From contig JAYWIR010000015.1 in assembly GCA_036172245.1 (NCBI GenBank), forward strand, positions 2,728,001 through 2,792,000: DNA of 64,000 nucleotides, written 5' to 3'. The notes beneath the pieces were generated by a model that ran no database searches, was not told the origin of the DNA, and saw only the letters and a program-made list of their open reading frames with translations. Of the stretch, positions 12,803-27,000 are shown piece by piece. The position numbers and the translations under genes were made by a program. Source of the DNA: Raillietiella orientalis. Taxonomy: Eukaryota. Each line of letters opens with the position of its first letter. The stretch's first letter is position 1.

Positions 12803-12933
12803 AAGGGTAAGGCAAACGACATAAAAGCGGCGAACGAAGCGTAGGCAACAATGCAGGGTAGCGACAAAGAGTAGGCAACAATGCAGCGGCGGCGATGAAG
12901 CGTAGGCAACAATGCAAAAGAGGCGGTGAAGCG
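12803..12933 (+). repeat. Minisatellite, ~30-31 bp unit, 3 good copies plus 1 degenerate
   Basis: Core (g/a)aag(c/a)gtaggcaacaatgca recurs at ~12836, ~12866 and ~12897, preceded by a degenerate unit at ~12803. Confidence 0.8.
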
Positions 12934-15008
12934 CTGACTTCAGGGATAAGTGCAGTTCCCAGGACGCGATCTCTCTGACCATGCTGTGAGCTGCTGCGAT
13001 TGCGAGATGCTTTGTGACGAACATGAACACTGGAAAGGCAGTATTGCGTCCCCCGCGGAGTGAGGCGAGGTGACCCTCCTTTACAGAGGATTGTTGCCGA
13101 TAGCATTCCAGAAAGGATCAGTGAGATTCTTATTCACTGAAAACTCTCATCCCCTTTCCCCAGATCCTCTTCTTTTTTTTTTTTTTTCTTCTCATCCCCA
13201 CCCCATCTGCCGTTTTTCAGGGTCTCAGCGGAAAGGTGATTCCTGCGTCCGCAGCGGACTGTATGAAACCTCTGGAATGGAGTATGTGCTAACATCGATC
13301 GACAAATTGTGTTGCCTCCAATTTGCCACGTGCTCAAGATGAAGCTTGCCATGATATTGATTAGAAACAAGCGCGGATCCTATTGGAGGCTTTTTTTTTG
13401 TTCGCTTCAGGGCTTCTGACAATTCCCATCTTTCAATTTAATCCTAACCAATGAGATCCCCGGCGCACAACATCTGAATGCAACTTGTGTGTCAGCACAT
13501 AACTTCGCAAATACCCCCAAAAATTCGAACCGTTTCTTAAGATAAAGCAGTAAAAGGCAAAGAAAGGGGGAAAAAAATGTCACACAAAGGCAAACGATTA
13601 AACTGAAGACGAAATGACGCTTATAGGGAGCGTTCTTCACATCATTTTAGACACATCTGCGATAGCTCATAGCGAAGCAAAGTTCTCAAGGAGACGATCA
13701 GCAAAAACTACAGGAAATTGGGGAAACAAAGATTCCTGCGGTGCACGGTAGGTCACGTGAAATTCCAACCTCAAGTAGCTTTTTCGGATCGTCCCTTTCT
13801 TCCGTAGTCTTTTCCCGTATGAAAGGATCGGTTACCAACGCATATGCACTTTTGAGTAAATATCTATATATAATCTATAAGCTTTGCGATTCATAGACCT
13901 ATTAATGAGGATCTATATATAGTCCACGCTCCCGGTGTAAATCCAAGTCAGATCCTATTCATTCGCTCGCTTTAAGATGTTTATTCTGTTTATGATTTAT
14001 GCCCTGGAACATGCACATCGAGCAATTCAGGTACATGAAAATGCATTGGGGTCGGATCGTTTCGGGGAGCATTCGTCGTTCGATGCTGCGTTTCCTTCGG
14101 CGAAGCTTCGGTTTTCAACATCGGTTTACTCTATCGTTTCATTGCTATGATGATCAGTATCTCACGGCGCGAACATCATCTTTCAGAGTATTTTGGAAAC
14201 TTGTACTCAATTTTACAACAGTACATCTACGAATATGTATGCGTTCAGTCTTCTAGATCGCCACACCTGAAAAGCACGAGGCATTCCATGGAGGTGGGAA
14301 TAGAGGCTCAGCTATTGGGTGGTTTCAAGAAGCCAATTCGAAAATGGTCAAGTGGGGATTTTCGAAGGTCGATTTTTCATTTTCGTTTTTAAATAGTGCA
14401 CGACTCATGACGCGAGTCTGAGGAGGAGGCAAAATTCATGATTTCTGTGAGCCCTCCCCCTTTCCTCTCCTTCCCTCAGACTGGGGACCAAATGTTGCGA
14501 AAATCTCCGAATCCCCGATATTCACGCGGAATCCCCGGAATCGGAGGATGTTCCCCCACAAGCTGAATTTCTCCGACGTGTGTCGCATCTGCTTTCGCAG
14601 CCACTGATGCACACGCCTGTCTTCCCTGCAGGCAAATCCGTGGGGATGTTGGGTGCACCCCCAGCGCCAAGGGAAAAGGCGCAGAGTCTCGTCATTCCAA
14701 TCTGAGGTTGGAAGACGTAGCGGATCGATGCGCGACTTTCAGTGGGTGGAGAGAGAAAGAGAGAGGAGGAGGAGGGAAGAAAAAAGGGCAAAAAAAAAAA
14801 AATGCACCGGGTCGTCTTTTCTTTTCCTTTTTTGCCCTCGCTTTGGAAATTCGATTTTCTTCCAAGGCATCCCTGGTGAGTCTCGTTTCCTAAGAGACGC
14901 GAGAGATCCGTTTTCATGGCGCGTGAATCCTCGTGAGGGAATTCGAGATCGGCATCCACCTCGACCGCCGCGAACGCGACGGGACTTCATTGGCTGTCTC
15001 ACGGCAAC

Positions 15009-15040
15009 AGAGAGCGAGAGAGAGAGAGGGAGAGAGAGAG
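15009..15040 (+). repeat. Imperfect (GA)n microsatellite
   Basis: agagagcgagagagagagagggagagagagag read directly from the sequence. Confidence 0.7.
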
Positions 15041-18000
15041 AAAAAAAAATTATTTTCGGTCCAGAGGATCCTCAGCCGAGAGCAGCAGCTATCTGGGACG
15101 AAGCTTCTTCTTTCCCGCCACGCCCTTTCGGTGCCACCTTGCTGTGGGACCAGATTAAGCAGAAGGTTAATTTTATCCGAGAGGCTCTCGCGGATTCGTT
15201 TTGGGGGGGGGGGGAGGAAGAGAATTTGGAAGTGCTTTTGCCTTGCATCCTTGGTGACCCTGGGGCGTCCGTCCGCACCGACCTGATGTGGAAAATCTTC
15301 TTCACGAAATCTGACGGTCGAGGTCGGCATCCTTCTGTCCCTCTCCACCCACTCACTTCGCTCCGGATACCCCCCCCCCGTGTGTGTGCGTATGTGTGTG
15401 TTTTTTTGCTCCTGTTTTTCTCTTCCTCCTGAAGGCTGGACCGTCGGGACGGATCGCGACGATCGGTCCCTTGCTCTCCCTTGCCCTGAGGGGCCGCGCT
15501 CGCGCCCGAGCACCTCCGGGTGCTCTGAAGAAGAAAGAACTCCACTCTTTTGCATCCCTGAAGTAGAGGAGGGATGTCCTCGTGGATCGGAGATGAACGC
15601 AGAAGCGCTAGGGTCTGGGAAGGATGACAGAGCTTCTCTTCTCTTGCGCTACCCACCACAACCATTCTTCTTCGCCCGCGTCCCCTCCGCAGAGCGGGCA
15701 CGACGACCCTCTATTGTCAAATCATCCCCTCCCCCGCACACACACCTCGGTCACGGGAGGCACTGGGCGATGATTGGAGGAGGAGAGAGGACGTCCCATG
15801 CCAGCGTCTGGGGAAAGGAGGGTAGGGCGGGAGAGGAGCCAGGCGAGGGCGATCTCCAAGGCAAAACCTGATCAGGGGATACCCGGAAGCCGTCGAAACC
15901 TCCCTTCCTGTCTCACGACTTTCTCTTCCCTCAGGGCCCGGCTTCCCGCGGAGAGCGGCGGCTCCTCCCCGTCAGACGTCCCGTCCGCACCGTCGGCCGT
16001 CTTCCGTTCACCCAGAACGACGCCTTTCCTTGAAAAAAGTCTTTGAGTCTCCCGGATGGGGAAGGGAACAAGCAAGAGAGGCAAGGGGAGAAGAGCCCCT
16101 GCACCACCTACGTACTGAGGAGAGGCCTTATCTCTCTATCGATCCTCATTTTCCTTTCTCCACACCGCCCTTCCTTCCTTTTCCGGGAATGGAGTCCTCT
16201 CTCGTTTGCAGGCATGGATTCGTTGCAGGAGCGGTTCCCATCTCTGCTGTGGGATGAACGAAGGTCCTGAACAGGGTCGACGCTGCAGTCCAGTGGCCGT
16301 CGTCGACAGTAGGGAAAGAGAGAGAGGGACACTGTGAATGGAGGACTCCATGAGACTTCCTCCTTACCCAGGGAGGGACGGGATTTCGGAGAGTTTCAGT
16401 TTTCCCGTTTCTCTCCTTTCTCCGTCTTGTATCTTAGCCGTCGTCTCCCTGTCTCGAGAGTCTTTCAGGAAGCGTTCTTGGTTCTTCAGGATGAATCCAA
16501 TAGAAGAGGCCGTCGTCTTCCTTGAGAACTGATTCGGAATGGCCTAGGTGATAGCGGCTCTTCCTCCTCATCCTCTTCCTCAGGAGAGATCCGGGAAGGC
16601 AGGACAACCGGAGAGCATGAGCATGCCAGCAAGGATTGCTATCTTTCTCTCTTCCAGCTTCCTTTTTACCTACATCCGCCGCCGATCAAGCGCAGAGACG
16701 TGATTGGCAAAGAGGGCGAGGACGGCCGTGATCCTCGTGGGTGGAAGATGATAAGGCGATTCCGGCTGTCCCCGTAATCATTTCCTGAACAAACAGCATC
16801 GGGCATCTCTTAGCATGCACGAACGCTCACTGCGCTCTTCCCAGCCTCTGTCCATTCCTATCTTTCCTCCTTCCGCGGTTGCCGCCGGAAATGCCGAAGA
16901 AGAGTTCGCTCCCAGGATGGCCATCTCATCTTCCCGGTGAAGCCTTCTTCCCTTGCCCCATCCTTCCTCGAAAAGTGGCACGCGTAACCCTTGGCTCCCG
17001 GCATGTTGCTTCCTCTTCGTCCGTCAATCGCTTCCCTTGGAAGAACTGGACGGAACATCGTGACAAGAAAACGGTGCTGCGTTTCTTTCCATTCCTTCCT
17101 CCTTCTTTCCCCTTGCTCACCCTTCGATCATCCCTCCCATACCGGGACACCCTTCTTGATGAGGAGATGAACGCCTCTGCTGTCACAGCCGCAGCCCTGC
17201 TCCCCGCCCACTCGCCTGTCCTGAAGGGAGTGGGAGTGCAGCCGTTCCGGAATTTCCCGCCTTCTCTGCCGGTCTCTTCCTCTTCCGGAAGCTCCTTCAA
17301 GATTCTGCAGTCCTGGGATTAGAGCCCCTGATACCGAGATTCCTTCCCCCCCTTCTATGCTGTTCCTGTCACCGGAGAACACTTTCTCCTGCCTGGACCC
17401 AGGAGAAAGGGTCCTCTAGTTCTCCTTTCCCTTTTTCCTGCAGTGCTGTTCCAATGGCCCTCGAAGACAGTCCCCTGCTTATGCTCCAGGAGGTCCTCTA
17501 CCGCCACGCTCGCGACCTCTCCGCTCATTCCGCCGCAGCGGTCGCTTCGACCGCCAGCTCAGAGAGGACGCGCGCGCATCCCTCGTGGGCACTGCCTTGC
17601 AGGAGGGAACTTTCCCGCGCGGTCGAAAAATCAGGGGGCGGTAATCCTCCAAGAGATATGAGCTTCACCCTCGCTTCTGAGAAGGAACAGGGATCCAGGG
17701 AATACCACCCTCCCCTGCGTCCCCTCGAAGCAGTCTGTTGTGCTGAGGATTCGAGGGCTGGGAGGAGGAGAGAAAAGGGGACACTTCACGGGCATCCGAG
17801 GGTACGAGTCGGAACGGGATCCGGATGTGTCGAGCTCCAGAGGTGCTCCCTTCTCCTCCCTGCTATCTTACCCCACCCTTCCAGAATCTCCATGACTCGG
17901 AAATAGAAGGAGACGGAAAAAGTAGAAAATGTAGGGAATGGGTGAGAATGGGTGCTCGGTTCTAGAGGGCAGATTGGGAACCGCGAGAGCGCCCATAGCA

Positions 18001-21000
18001 AGGTCCTCCCTCGTGGACAGGACCACGGAGGAGTGGAAGCCCTCAGTCATGGCAGGGGACAAAGACCCTCCTGCCCTTACCTTCTTCCCTTCCTTCTTTC
18101 CCCCTTTCCCCGCCATAATGACAATGGCTGGTAGTTTCCTGGGGACTGAGCTCTTCCTCCAAGAAGGAAGCATCTGGGGAGAAGGAGGACCCGGACTGCG
18201 AGAGTGCGTGCGGTCTCCCTTGTTTCCAGGAACCCTGAGAATCCCTCCCTTCTCCCACGCGCTTTGGGAGATTCATAGGACGAGAGAGGGAGGGGGAAAA
18301 CGGAATCTTCCTAGGTTGGAGAAGGAGGAGGAGGGGAGGAGGAGTGAGAAAAAGAGGAACGTCCCACTCGGACTGGCATGCTCTTTCTCGACCACCTCAG
18401 GGGATTTCTGCGCACGCTAGCTAATCGCAAGGTCGCTCCCTGTCCGGCCAGGAGGGAGAGATGCCTTTCCGATGATGGCAGCGGACGATGCAGCTGGTCA
18501 CGAGCATGTCCGAAGGGTGAGAGAGGGAAAGGAGGGTGGTCTCAGTTGTTCCCTCCTCCTCCTGTGGTGGTAGATCGGCGTGGCCAATTCTACTTCTTCG
18601 TCGCTCCAGAGGAGCTCAGCCAGAGCGGAGGGGCCAGGAGTCCACGCGACTTTCCCTCTCTTTCTTCTCTGTTCCATCCCGTTAATACCCCAGCCCCACC
18701 CTCCCAGTGTCCCCTGCCCTGCCTCTAGGTCGGTAACTGGATCGGGGTATATCCAGTTTCCGACTGGAGAGGGACCTGGATGTGGCGGCCTGCTATCGAG
18801 TTCCTCTGGTGCCGCCGCCGCCCGCACAGGGAGGTGGTGCGCGCACGCGGCGGCTGCGGAGCGACTACAGGAAGCGTCCACAGACGGCTCCCCGCGTGAA
18901 GTCCCCTCACAAGCGGGAGTCCTAGGAACAGAGTTCTGGGAAGAAGAAGAGGAGGAGGAGGAGAGTCAGGGGAATCTTGCAGGTCGTTCTTTGATTGGCA
19001 TGCGCTTCCAGAAGGACCGGCTCCTCCTGGTGAGCTCTGAAGAAGGGTCGGGAGGAGAGTGAGCATGCGTTCCACGAGCATGCGTTCTATCGTCCCCAAT
19101 CCTCCTCTCCCCTTCCCGTAGACCCTCTCCTGATTTTCCCGAGCGACAAAGGGGGGTGGGTAGTGAATGGAGCAATCAGAGGAAACAGCTGCAAGCTGTA
19201 GGTTTACCGGGAGTTTGGGACTTCCGTCAGGAAGGGAGCGAAGGGAGACGGCTACTCTACAGGGAGAAGAGATCCCATGCTTTTCATAACGACGATTCCT
19301 TCGTATCATGATCTCTATCCCATGCCCGTTTTTTTCACTCCGGTTTTCATCGTGAATCAGGGTTGCTGACCTCGCCGCACTGCTCTCGTGGAAGGACCGA
19401 GAAGGGAATCTTCGGTGACCTTGGCATACCTGAGCCAGCAGCGGGGTTTCACTGTGCTTTTCCATCCCTGAAGAGCACCTTCCACGTACCCAGTATCAGT
19501 CTCCACACGCGTCGGACTATTTGACCCCGGTTTTGTGGTCATTTCTGCTCCTGGTCCAAGGGAACGAAAAAAAAAAATACTTTCGAGTGATCAGGAGCTG
19601 CATCTGGGAGCGCAGCATTTTTCCCTCCACGTTTCCGGAGTACCTTCCTAGTGATCCTAAGGTAGAATCTTCGTGGGATCTTCATGAATGAACGAAGATC
19701 GGACCAGCCCCACCTCCAGTTCATTCGTCTCCAATTCGTCGCAGCTTTCTCAGCTCGTCTTCATCAGCACGTCCTTACAGGAACCATGTTTTGCGAACAT
19801 CTTCCTGAAAATACAGGACTCTCTCTCCCAATTCCCATCCCTTATTTCGACACCCGTCTCCCGACTCCATGCCCGTCGCCACCTTGCGTGAGGCTACACG
19901 GAGGTACCGGCTTATATGGACGTCTTCCGGCCACGGAAAACTCCATCTCCGAGTCCCGCAAGGAATCCTCAGCCACCCTGTTCCTGTTTGCCGCTTGCTA
20001 AAGTTCAAAAACGGGTGGTTGGTTTCCCACCATCCGCCCATCTCGGGATCCTCGAACAGCTCCTCTTCAGTTCGTCTGTCTCGAGGGAATCGTCATCGTC
20101 CCACTGGACTCGAGACGGCACTCTTAGCAGCCACGGAAATCTCCCAATCATGTTCCAGAAGTCGTTCCTCTCTCCTGTTATATGGTGCCCGCGTCGGAGG
20201 CCTTGTGGTTTAGACTTCCGCGCGTGGCACCGTGCGTCGCGGGTTCGAATACTTCGGCAGAAACTCTGACGCCATTGCGTCGTTGGGTTCCGAGTTTCTC
20301 GTGCAATGGCGCTGGTTGGCCTAATCATTCGGGCGTGGCACCGGCGTTGGATTAAGCCGGAGTCCCCCGATGAAGTCCGGAACAATGGGAGTCGACCTTC
20401 GGGTCTTCCCAAGAATAAAAGGAGTGGGGAGTTCCCCCTCCGGTCGTACAACGGAGAGCGGACCCCCCCCCCACCGGGGACCCCTCCGGTTTCAAGATGG
20501 AGCAGGAGCCCTCACGAGCACCTCTCCAGTTGTTCAAAGGAGCGGACCCTCCCCGTTGCGGGGGGGACCCTCCGAGTCTTCGCCTCTTCACAGAGTGCAC
20601 AAGGAAGCAAGCGAGAGCGATTCCCTGAGGGAAGCTGCAGCGCCCCTTCTGAGTTTCGGAAGCGTCCCTTCGGGGTTTTCTTCAGAGGAGTGAACAGGAG
20701 CGGTTCCCTTGTGGGTTCTCTCCAGAGAAGAAATTCCTACAAGCGGATCCTTTCCGGGTTCCTTCGGAGAAGTTGAAATGGAGGGGACCACCTTCTCCCA
20801 AGGGGTGTCCCTCCGGAGAGAATGAAGAAGGAGATTCCCTTCGGAGACAACCAGGGTGGGAGGTGCGATCCCCCCCGTCCGGGGGATCCCTCCCCAAGCG
20901 TGAGAGGAACGGAATCCGAGCCCTTCCTGGATTCATAGGGAGGATCCCCCATCCCGGGGTGCGCCCTATCCTGAAGAATTACACGCCTCCCTGCGGGTTG

Positions 21001-24000
21001 CCGCGGGCGGAGGGGCGTGGCAACAAAACAGTGTGTTAATGTTTAAAAAGAGTCACGTGCGCCGCGAGGCACGCGACCGGCTCTGAGGTACTTAGCGAAC
21101 CAAAAAATAAAACTCTCCTGTTATAGATTACCTTGTTCTCCTTCGAGGCTGTTACCATCTGCCAAGCCAACTCTCTCCCTACTGCTTTTTTTAGGCGGGA
21201 GAACCGGCGGTCATCAACTGGGTAAGCGGAAGGCAGCCTAGGCGGACAGAAAGCCGGTTGTCGGCATCTCAGCGTTGTAGCCTCAGAGAATGAGGATGCC
21301 TACTATAAAAGGGGGACAGAAACGGTGGGACACATTGGGAAACGGTGGTCAATGCCTTTCCAGGAGGATGTATCGATCCCGCTGCAAAGAGTGACGGTGT
21401 GATGGATAAAAGAGGAATGCCGTGCATATCAAATGGCCACTTCGTTTTTATCTTGTTACTCCTCTCTAAGGTGGTCAGAGTGATCGGGAGCTGTTCACCC
21501 TCCCATTGTTTCATGTTACTCACCAACCTCCCCAAGGCGGGTTCTCGAGCGCTCATGGAGAGTAGAGGATATGACTTGAACAGGTAGCCTTTGGGGACCG
21601 TGGGGTTCAGTAGAAGTGAATGAAATTCATACCCGTGCCTTCCGGTTTTTGTCCCAAGCCCACTGACGGAGCCACGCCTAGAGGAGCTGTGCTTCTAAGG
21701 GACACAACAGGAAGACTTGCTCTTTTTTTTTTTTTTTGAAGTACGAGGAGGAACCTAGGAAGGTCAACTAAGGGGTCACCAGCAAGGTCTGGGAGCTTCC
21801 CAAGGGGAAGGACAGGAAGAGGGGTCCCGCTCCTTAGCCGCGCCTCTTAGACTCGGAATGGCTTGGATCAGCGGCTGGGAGAGCGGAAAGGAAGATTTCT
21901 TCCAGGAGAAACCGGGCTGCCGAAGATTTCGAAATGGCAGCCTCTTTGGAGGTCTTGAGGGTATAGAGGAGTCAGAAATACTGAGGCATCCATCGCCAGT
22001 AGCACCTCCGATAGCGAATGGGGGCTCTTCCGAGGGCGCTCCTCTACCGGAGTTTCAGGTCTTCCAGCGCTCGCAAGTCGGCGTCACAAAGGGAAGGCGC
22101 TGCCGGGCAGTACTCCCCTCTCCCTTATTCCACCTTGATCCTGACACCCGCGCTCCGAGAAGAACCCCTCTTCTTCCTCTCCCTGCTCACGTGACTCCAG
22201 CCACTGACTGAGGTTTACCCTTGTTTTCCTCTTGCTCCGGGGTCTCCTTCCTCACTGTCGCATCCCAGCCAGGAACAAGACCTGAGAGGGCGTTCAAGTG
22301 ACGGTCCCAGCTTCCCACTTCTAGGGAACTGGAAAGAGGTTAGAGGCGGGCTAAAGACCCCGGAGGAAGTTCCGCCGCCGTCATCCCTGGTTGAGTCGAA
22401 ACCTTCTGGACTGCTCCTGATTCTCGAGGACGCCCATCCCCGTGCTGTGGACATATCAGAAGGAGCAGCTCTGGGCTAAAAAAGCGGCATGGACGGAAAA
22501 ACAAAACGGGAGGTCGAATGGGGAGAAGGGGAGGGACTAGGAGAAGGGCATTTTCCTGGAGCACTGCGAGGGATGGCATCATCCGTAGTCAGCTGCTGCT
22601 TTGAGTTTGCATCGCAGTTCGCATAGTCCTGGCTGTTCGCACCGCTTCACAGCCAGGACTCCTTGAAGTGGACCCCCACAGTCTCTAGTGAGGGACTCTG
22701 AAGATACCCCTGACGAAGGAACCTCTGTAGCGACGAAGGGAGGGAAGGGATGTGTACAGGACGCTCTGGTTCTGTGGACCGGGGAAACAAAGGAGGAGAG
22801 CGCCTCCTTTCGCGTTCATGATGGCTTCCCTGAAGCACATTCTCCCGCTTCAGATAAGCCCCTTTTCACCCACAGCTGCTCCTCTCTGCGGATCGATCTG
22901 GTGGTCTTCTCTCTTCCCACTTGGGGGTCGCAGCGACGCTTTTCTCCTTCGTCCCGGGAAGCTCGTAGGCAGAGGGGAGCCCCTGGAGGAAAAGTCGCTT
23001 CCCCACCCCTGCGGCTCGAGGTTGCTGACAACGCCGGGCGAAGCTGCAAAGGACGTGCCCTTGGTCGTCGGGAATATGCTAGGAAGAGGATCACGTCCTC
23101 GAGGTTGCATCTGCGTTTTGGCAATGACCTGCGGCTCACCTGAGAGTGGGCCGTTGGTGAAGGGGAGAAGGCGGTGGCGTTGCAATAGGGACGTGACGGC
23201 TCTCTCACGTCGAGAGCGGAGTGAGAGGAGATGCCCGGGCATGGAACCGGGATTTTCTTTCCCCCCTCTATTCCCCTACTCCTGCACTCGCAGATGGAAA
23301 ACCAGGGAGCAGCGACTTTGGATAGCTTCAGGGTCGCTCCCGGTGATTCCGGGCTCTTACAGCCCAAGGGATGCTAGTCGCGAAGAGGGCCAACGGGTAG
23401 GGGAAAATAGAGGGGTCGGAAGAAAGAGGCTTCCGGATGGATCTCGGTCGTTCCGATGCTCTGCTTGGGAGACCCCTCTCTCGGGGAAGGCGAGTTCCCT
23501 GTTCTTGAGAGAACTCCCCCGTCCTCCCGAGATTGTTGTTGGATTCTCGCTGAAGGACGCGTATCCGGAGGGCATGGTGGGCCCTCTTCGGCAGGACAAG
23601 GAGAATCATCGAGAAACCCTTGGTGTCCGCCACTCCGCGGGACTCGGTGAGGAAAGAGCGTCCCTCCTTTGACCTCGTTCCCTCCTCGTCTAGGTTCAGG
23701 GAGGCTGTGAGGAGACCACGAGAGCTCCGTCCGCACGTTGCTGCCCCGGGAAGTCCTTCCTCTCCTTCTCTTCACCATCCTTGGCTCGACTGGAGTCCGA
23801 AGTGGTCCAGAACGGTCCAGAGATCCCTTTCCTCCTATCGGCAAATTAGACAGAAGAGAGTGGCACGCACACTTCCTCCCCCCGAATTCTTGAGGAGGGG
23901 GGGGAGTGAGAAGGCTCTTGGCGCTTCGCTCTCTTGGCGATGGCCGCGAAGACGTCCCCACTGACGTCGTCCGCGATCTCCTTATCAGCTTCTGGAATGA

Positions 24001-27000
24001 GGGAGCACCATCGTTCCGCGTTTCCTGTTCCGGGAACCGTTCCAGGAGGCGCGCATAGGTGGCACCGTTTCCTTATGATAGTAGAGGAGAGAGTCTTGGT
24101 GGCTGAGCTTGAGGTCTCCTCCAGGGTGGGCCGTCCTGGGAGAGGAGGGTGCCCCGTGCGTTTCCTGAGATTGAGGAAGCGAGCCACCTCCTAGAGGAAC
24201 GCCGAAGCCATGCCCTGGAGAGAAGGCTAAACGGTACAAATGGGGATGAGGAGGAGGAAGAGGGGAAAGAAAAGCCAGGATGACCCAAAGGAGGAGTGGA
24301 GTGGGCTGGATGCCCTTGTCTTCTCGAAGTTATCAGCTAACTGGAAAGCCAGAAAACCGACAAGAACGAGATCGGGAAATGGGAGGAGACCTTGACGAAG
24401 CGAGGCGGGGATCAGTAGGGGCGTCGGGTGGGGAGACGCACGCGCACGTGCTCAGATACTCCGCTTCGACTCGAGTAAGAAAGGAGATGGGAAGGGGGGA
24501 GGAGCCGACAGTCCCGTTTCGGTTGGAAGGAGCAGAGGTAGCAGAAATGGGAAAGGAACCAGGGCGGCAGACGTTGGGAAGGGATTCAGGGTTCTTCCGG
24601 GATTCTGCGCGGCTTCTCTTCCTTGCTGACCAGGAAGGCGGTCGGCCCCTTACGAAGAAGGTTCGCTTGCTCAGGACAGCTCCCCATGACTCTCAAGGAT
24701 TTCCTGGAATTCGGTCGGAAGCGCCAGGACTGTGCATGGCCCACGTGCGCTGGTCCAGACGTTCCATCCGTCCAAGCTTGAGCATCTGGAGGCGGAGTAG
24801 AAGGTAGGAAGGATGTAATAGGAGAGAACAAGTGGGGTGCTCTTCTCTTCTCTGTCTTCTTTTCCAACCCTTTTCCGCATGCTGCCGGAGCGGGGCAGGC
24901 TGGGCTTTTCTATACGGTCTGCCTGAAAGAGGAAAATCCGTTCTCTCCCCAGAAAAAAAGATCTTCTAGGGAGAGGGGGATTAAGATCGAAGAGGGCTAA
25001 CCTTCCCATCCCTACAACTCCGCCGTCCGGAAAGCGGGCGGCTCAAGAGGGGCTCTCGAGGATGTGCGCAGGATGTTCCGGGAGGAGAAGGAGAAACCCG
25101 TTGAAGATGGGCGTCGGCAAGACATCCAGAAAACATGCGCGAGAAGAGGGGTCTCCTCGCCTCCGGTGGGAGTGGACCGAGGGGCACGTAGCTCTAGATG
25201 CTGCCCCCTGCTCGTGCTTCAAAGGACCGATTCCCTTCCGCTGCCTAAACTTCCTCCAGACAGGATTTCCGTAAGAGAAGCCTCCGCCTCCGGTGGGATG
25301 GAAAGGTGCTCGAAGTGAGGGGGGGGGGAGCGCATCGGTGGCCGGCTGGAAGATCACACCAATGAGCGCTCTGATCCTTGTTGGGATCTCCGGATTCTGC
25401 ATGAAGGGAGGGGACCCTTGTTTTCCCGTTTTCCTGTTGCTTCTCAAGGGGAGGAGGGGAGGGAAGAGCAGGGAAAGGGTGCTCCTCCTTTGGAAGGCTC
25501 CGAGATTGCCACTGAGCACGCTTTGCCTGTCAGGAGAACTGGTGCGATTGAGGGTAAGGTCCCTTTTTCCAGGTAGCGAACGAGTGCTTCGGGAACATTC
25601 CCGCGTTTCCTTACGCTTGCCTCCTAGCGGAAGCAGCGTTCGCCACCAAGGAATGATCTCCTGGCACTTCGATGCCATTCTACGGAGAATCTCTTCGCTC
25701 CTCCGGGCTTCCTTCAGCATGTTTCGTCCCCCAGGTCCACACTCCTTGAGTCCGATCGTCCTGGGACAGAGGGGATGAAGAGAGGAGCTGGATGAGAGGC
25801 TGTGGAGTGAGTGGGATATGAGACGAGGTGCTTTCGCCGCGCTTGCCTACCCCGCCACTCCGCAGCGCCGGCGATGGAATTCGTCTGGGAAGCGGGTCTG
25901 AGACTGAGGGAGTGGGAGGAGGAGACGCTTCTTCCTCCTCCACCTCTATCCTCCTCATTGTCGTATCTCCTTGAAGTTTTTTGTTCTCCACGAGCGAGCC
26001 AGCATCATCGAAACTCGTGCCATATCCTGCTGATCACCGCTACATTGTTGCGCACATATCCGCATGCATTGTTGCAAATTTCGTGGGTCCCCACATTCGT
26101 TCCATTGTTGTTTTCTCCTCATTGTTATGCGCGTCCTCATTCACCATTGTTGAGCGCTCAGTGTGGCAGCTGCTTATCCCCGAAAAATTGTCAGCGTGCC
26201 ACACGTTGGGGTATTCGCCTCAGGTTACGGCGAGGTTTTCAGTCCCGCCGTTAACCACACATCTTGAAGTGTGGATCGGTGGTGACGGATCATCTCGTGT
26301 TGGAATCTGAGGAGGGAGAGGCAGACTTCCGAGCGACTACTTTGCTCCTCAGAAGCTGTTCCTCTTGGGTTTCTCGCGTTCGTATCTGGGCAGCGCCTTC
26401 TTCCATGCTTGACCACTCACGATCTCCCATCCTTAGACAGATCTCTAAGCTGTTTCCCTCTTTTGTTTTTAGGCACTGCTTCGAATGATTTTTCGTGGTC
26501 GTACTGTCGCATTGCCACTGTGGAACCTCGCCACCTGGCTCGAAGCCATCCATGCCGACCTTTCTGCGCACCGGATCCTTCGAAAATAACCCTTAGGGAA
26601 GAATCAGAGACTGAGGCTAAACGGGTGCGGCTGCCAAGATCGCATTAGTCCACACAGCTGGCGAGCGGTCGTCCCAAAGGAAAATTCCTTCTGAGTTGTC
26701 CAGCCTCCTCTCAGCCCCCACCCCCAGGGAGAAGAGGGGTTTCTGAGGGCAGATCGATGCCAACCCTCATGGCTGTGTGCGCGAGGGCTGTATTCCGTGT
26801 AGATGGAAGACACCAGAGGCATCCCAGAGCAAGAAGCGTCCCTGTACTTGGCAGGGAGGTGTCGCACTAAGCGTTTTCAAGGATGAAAAGACTCATCTGG
26901 GCACATAAGCTCTCCCTGAGGCTTCTGGACACTAGAACTATGAATCCAGTTCTTCCAAGAGAACGAATGCAGAGTCTTCCCAGAAGTCCAGGAAAAGATG

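Noticed and set aside
12803..12933. CRISPR-like repeat-spacer pattern
   Set aside because: Eukaryotic context, linkers short and related to each other, no cas genes; it is a minisatellite.
21305..21587. TATAAAAG followed by an 80-aa ORF
   Set aside because: The ORF has no recognisable features or supporting splice/poly(A) structure.
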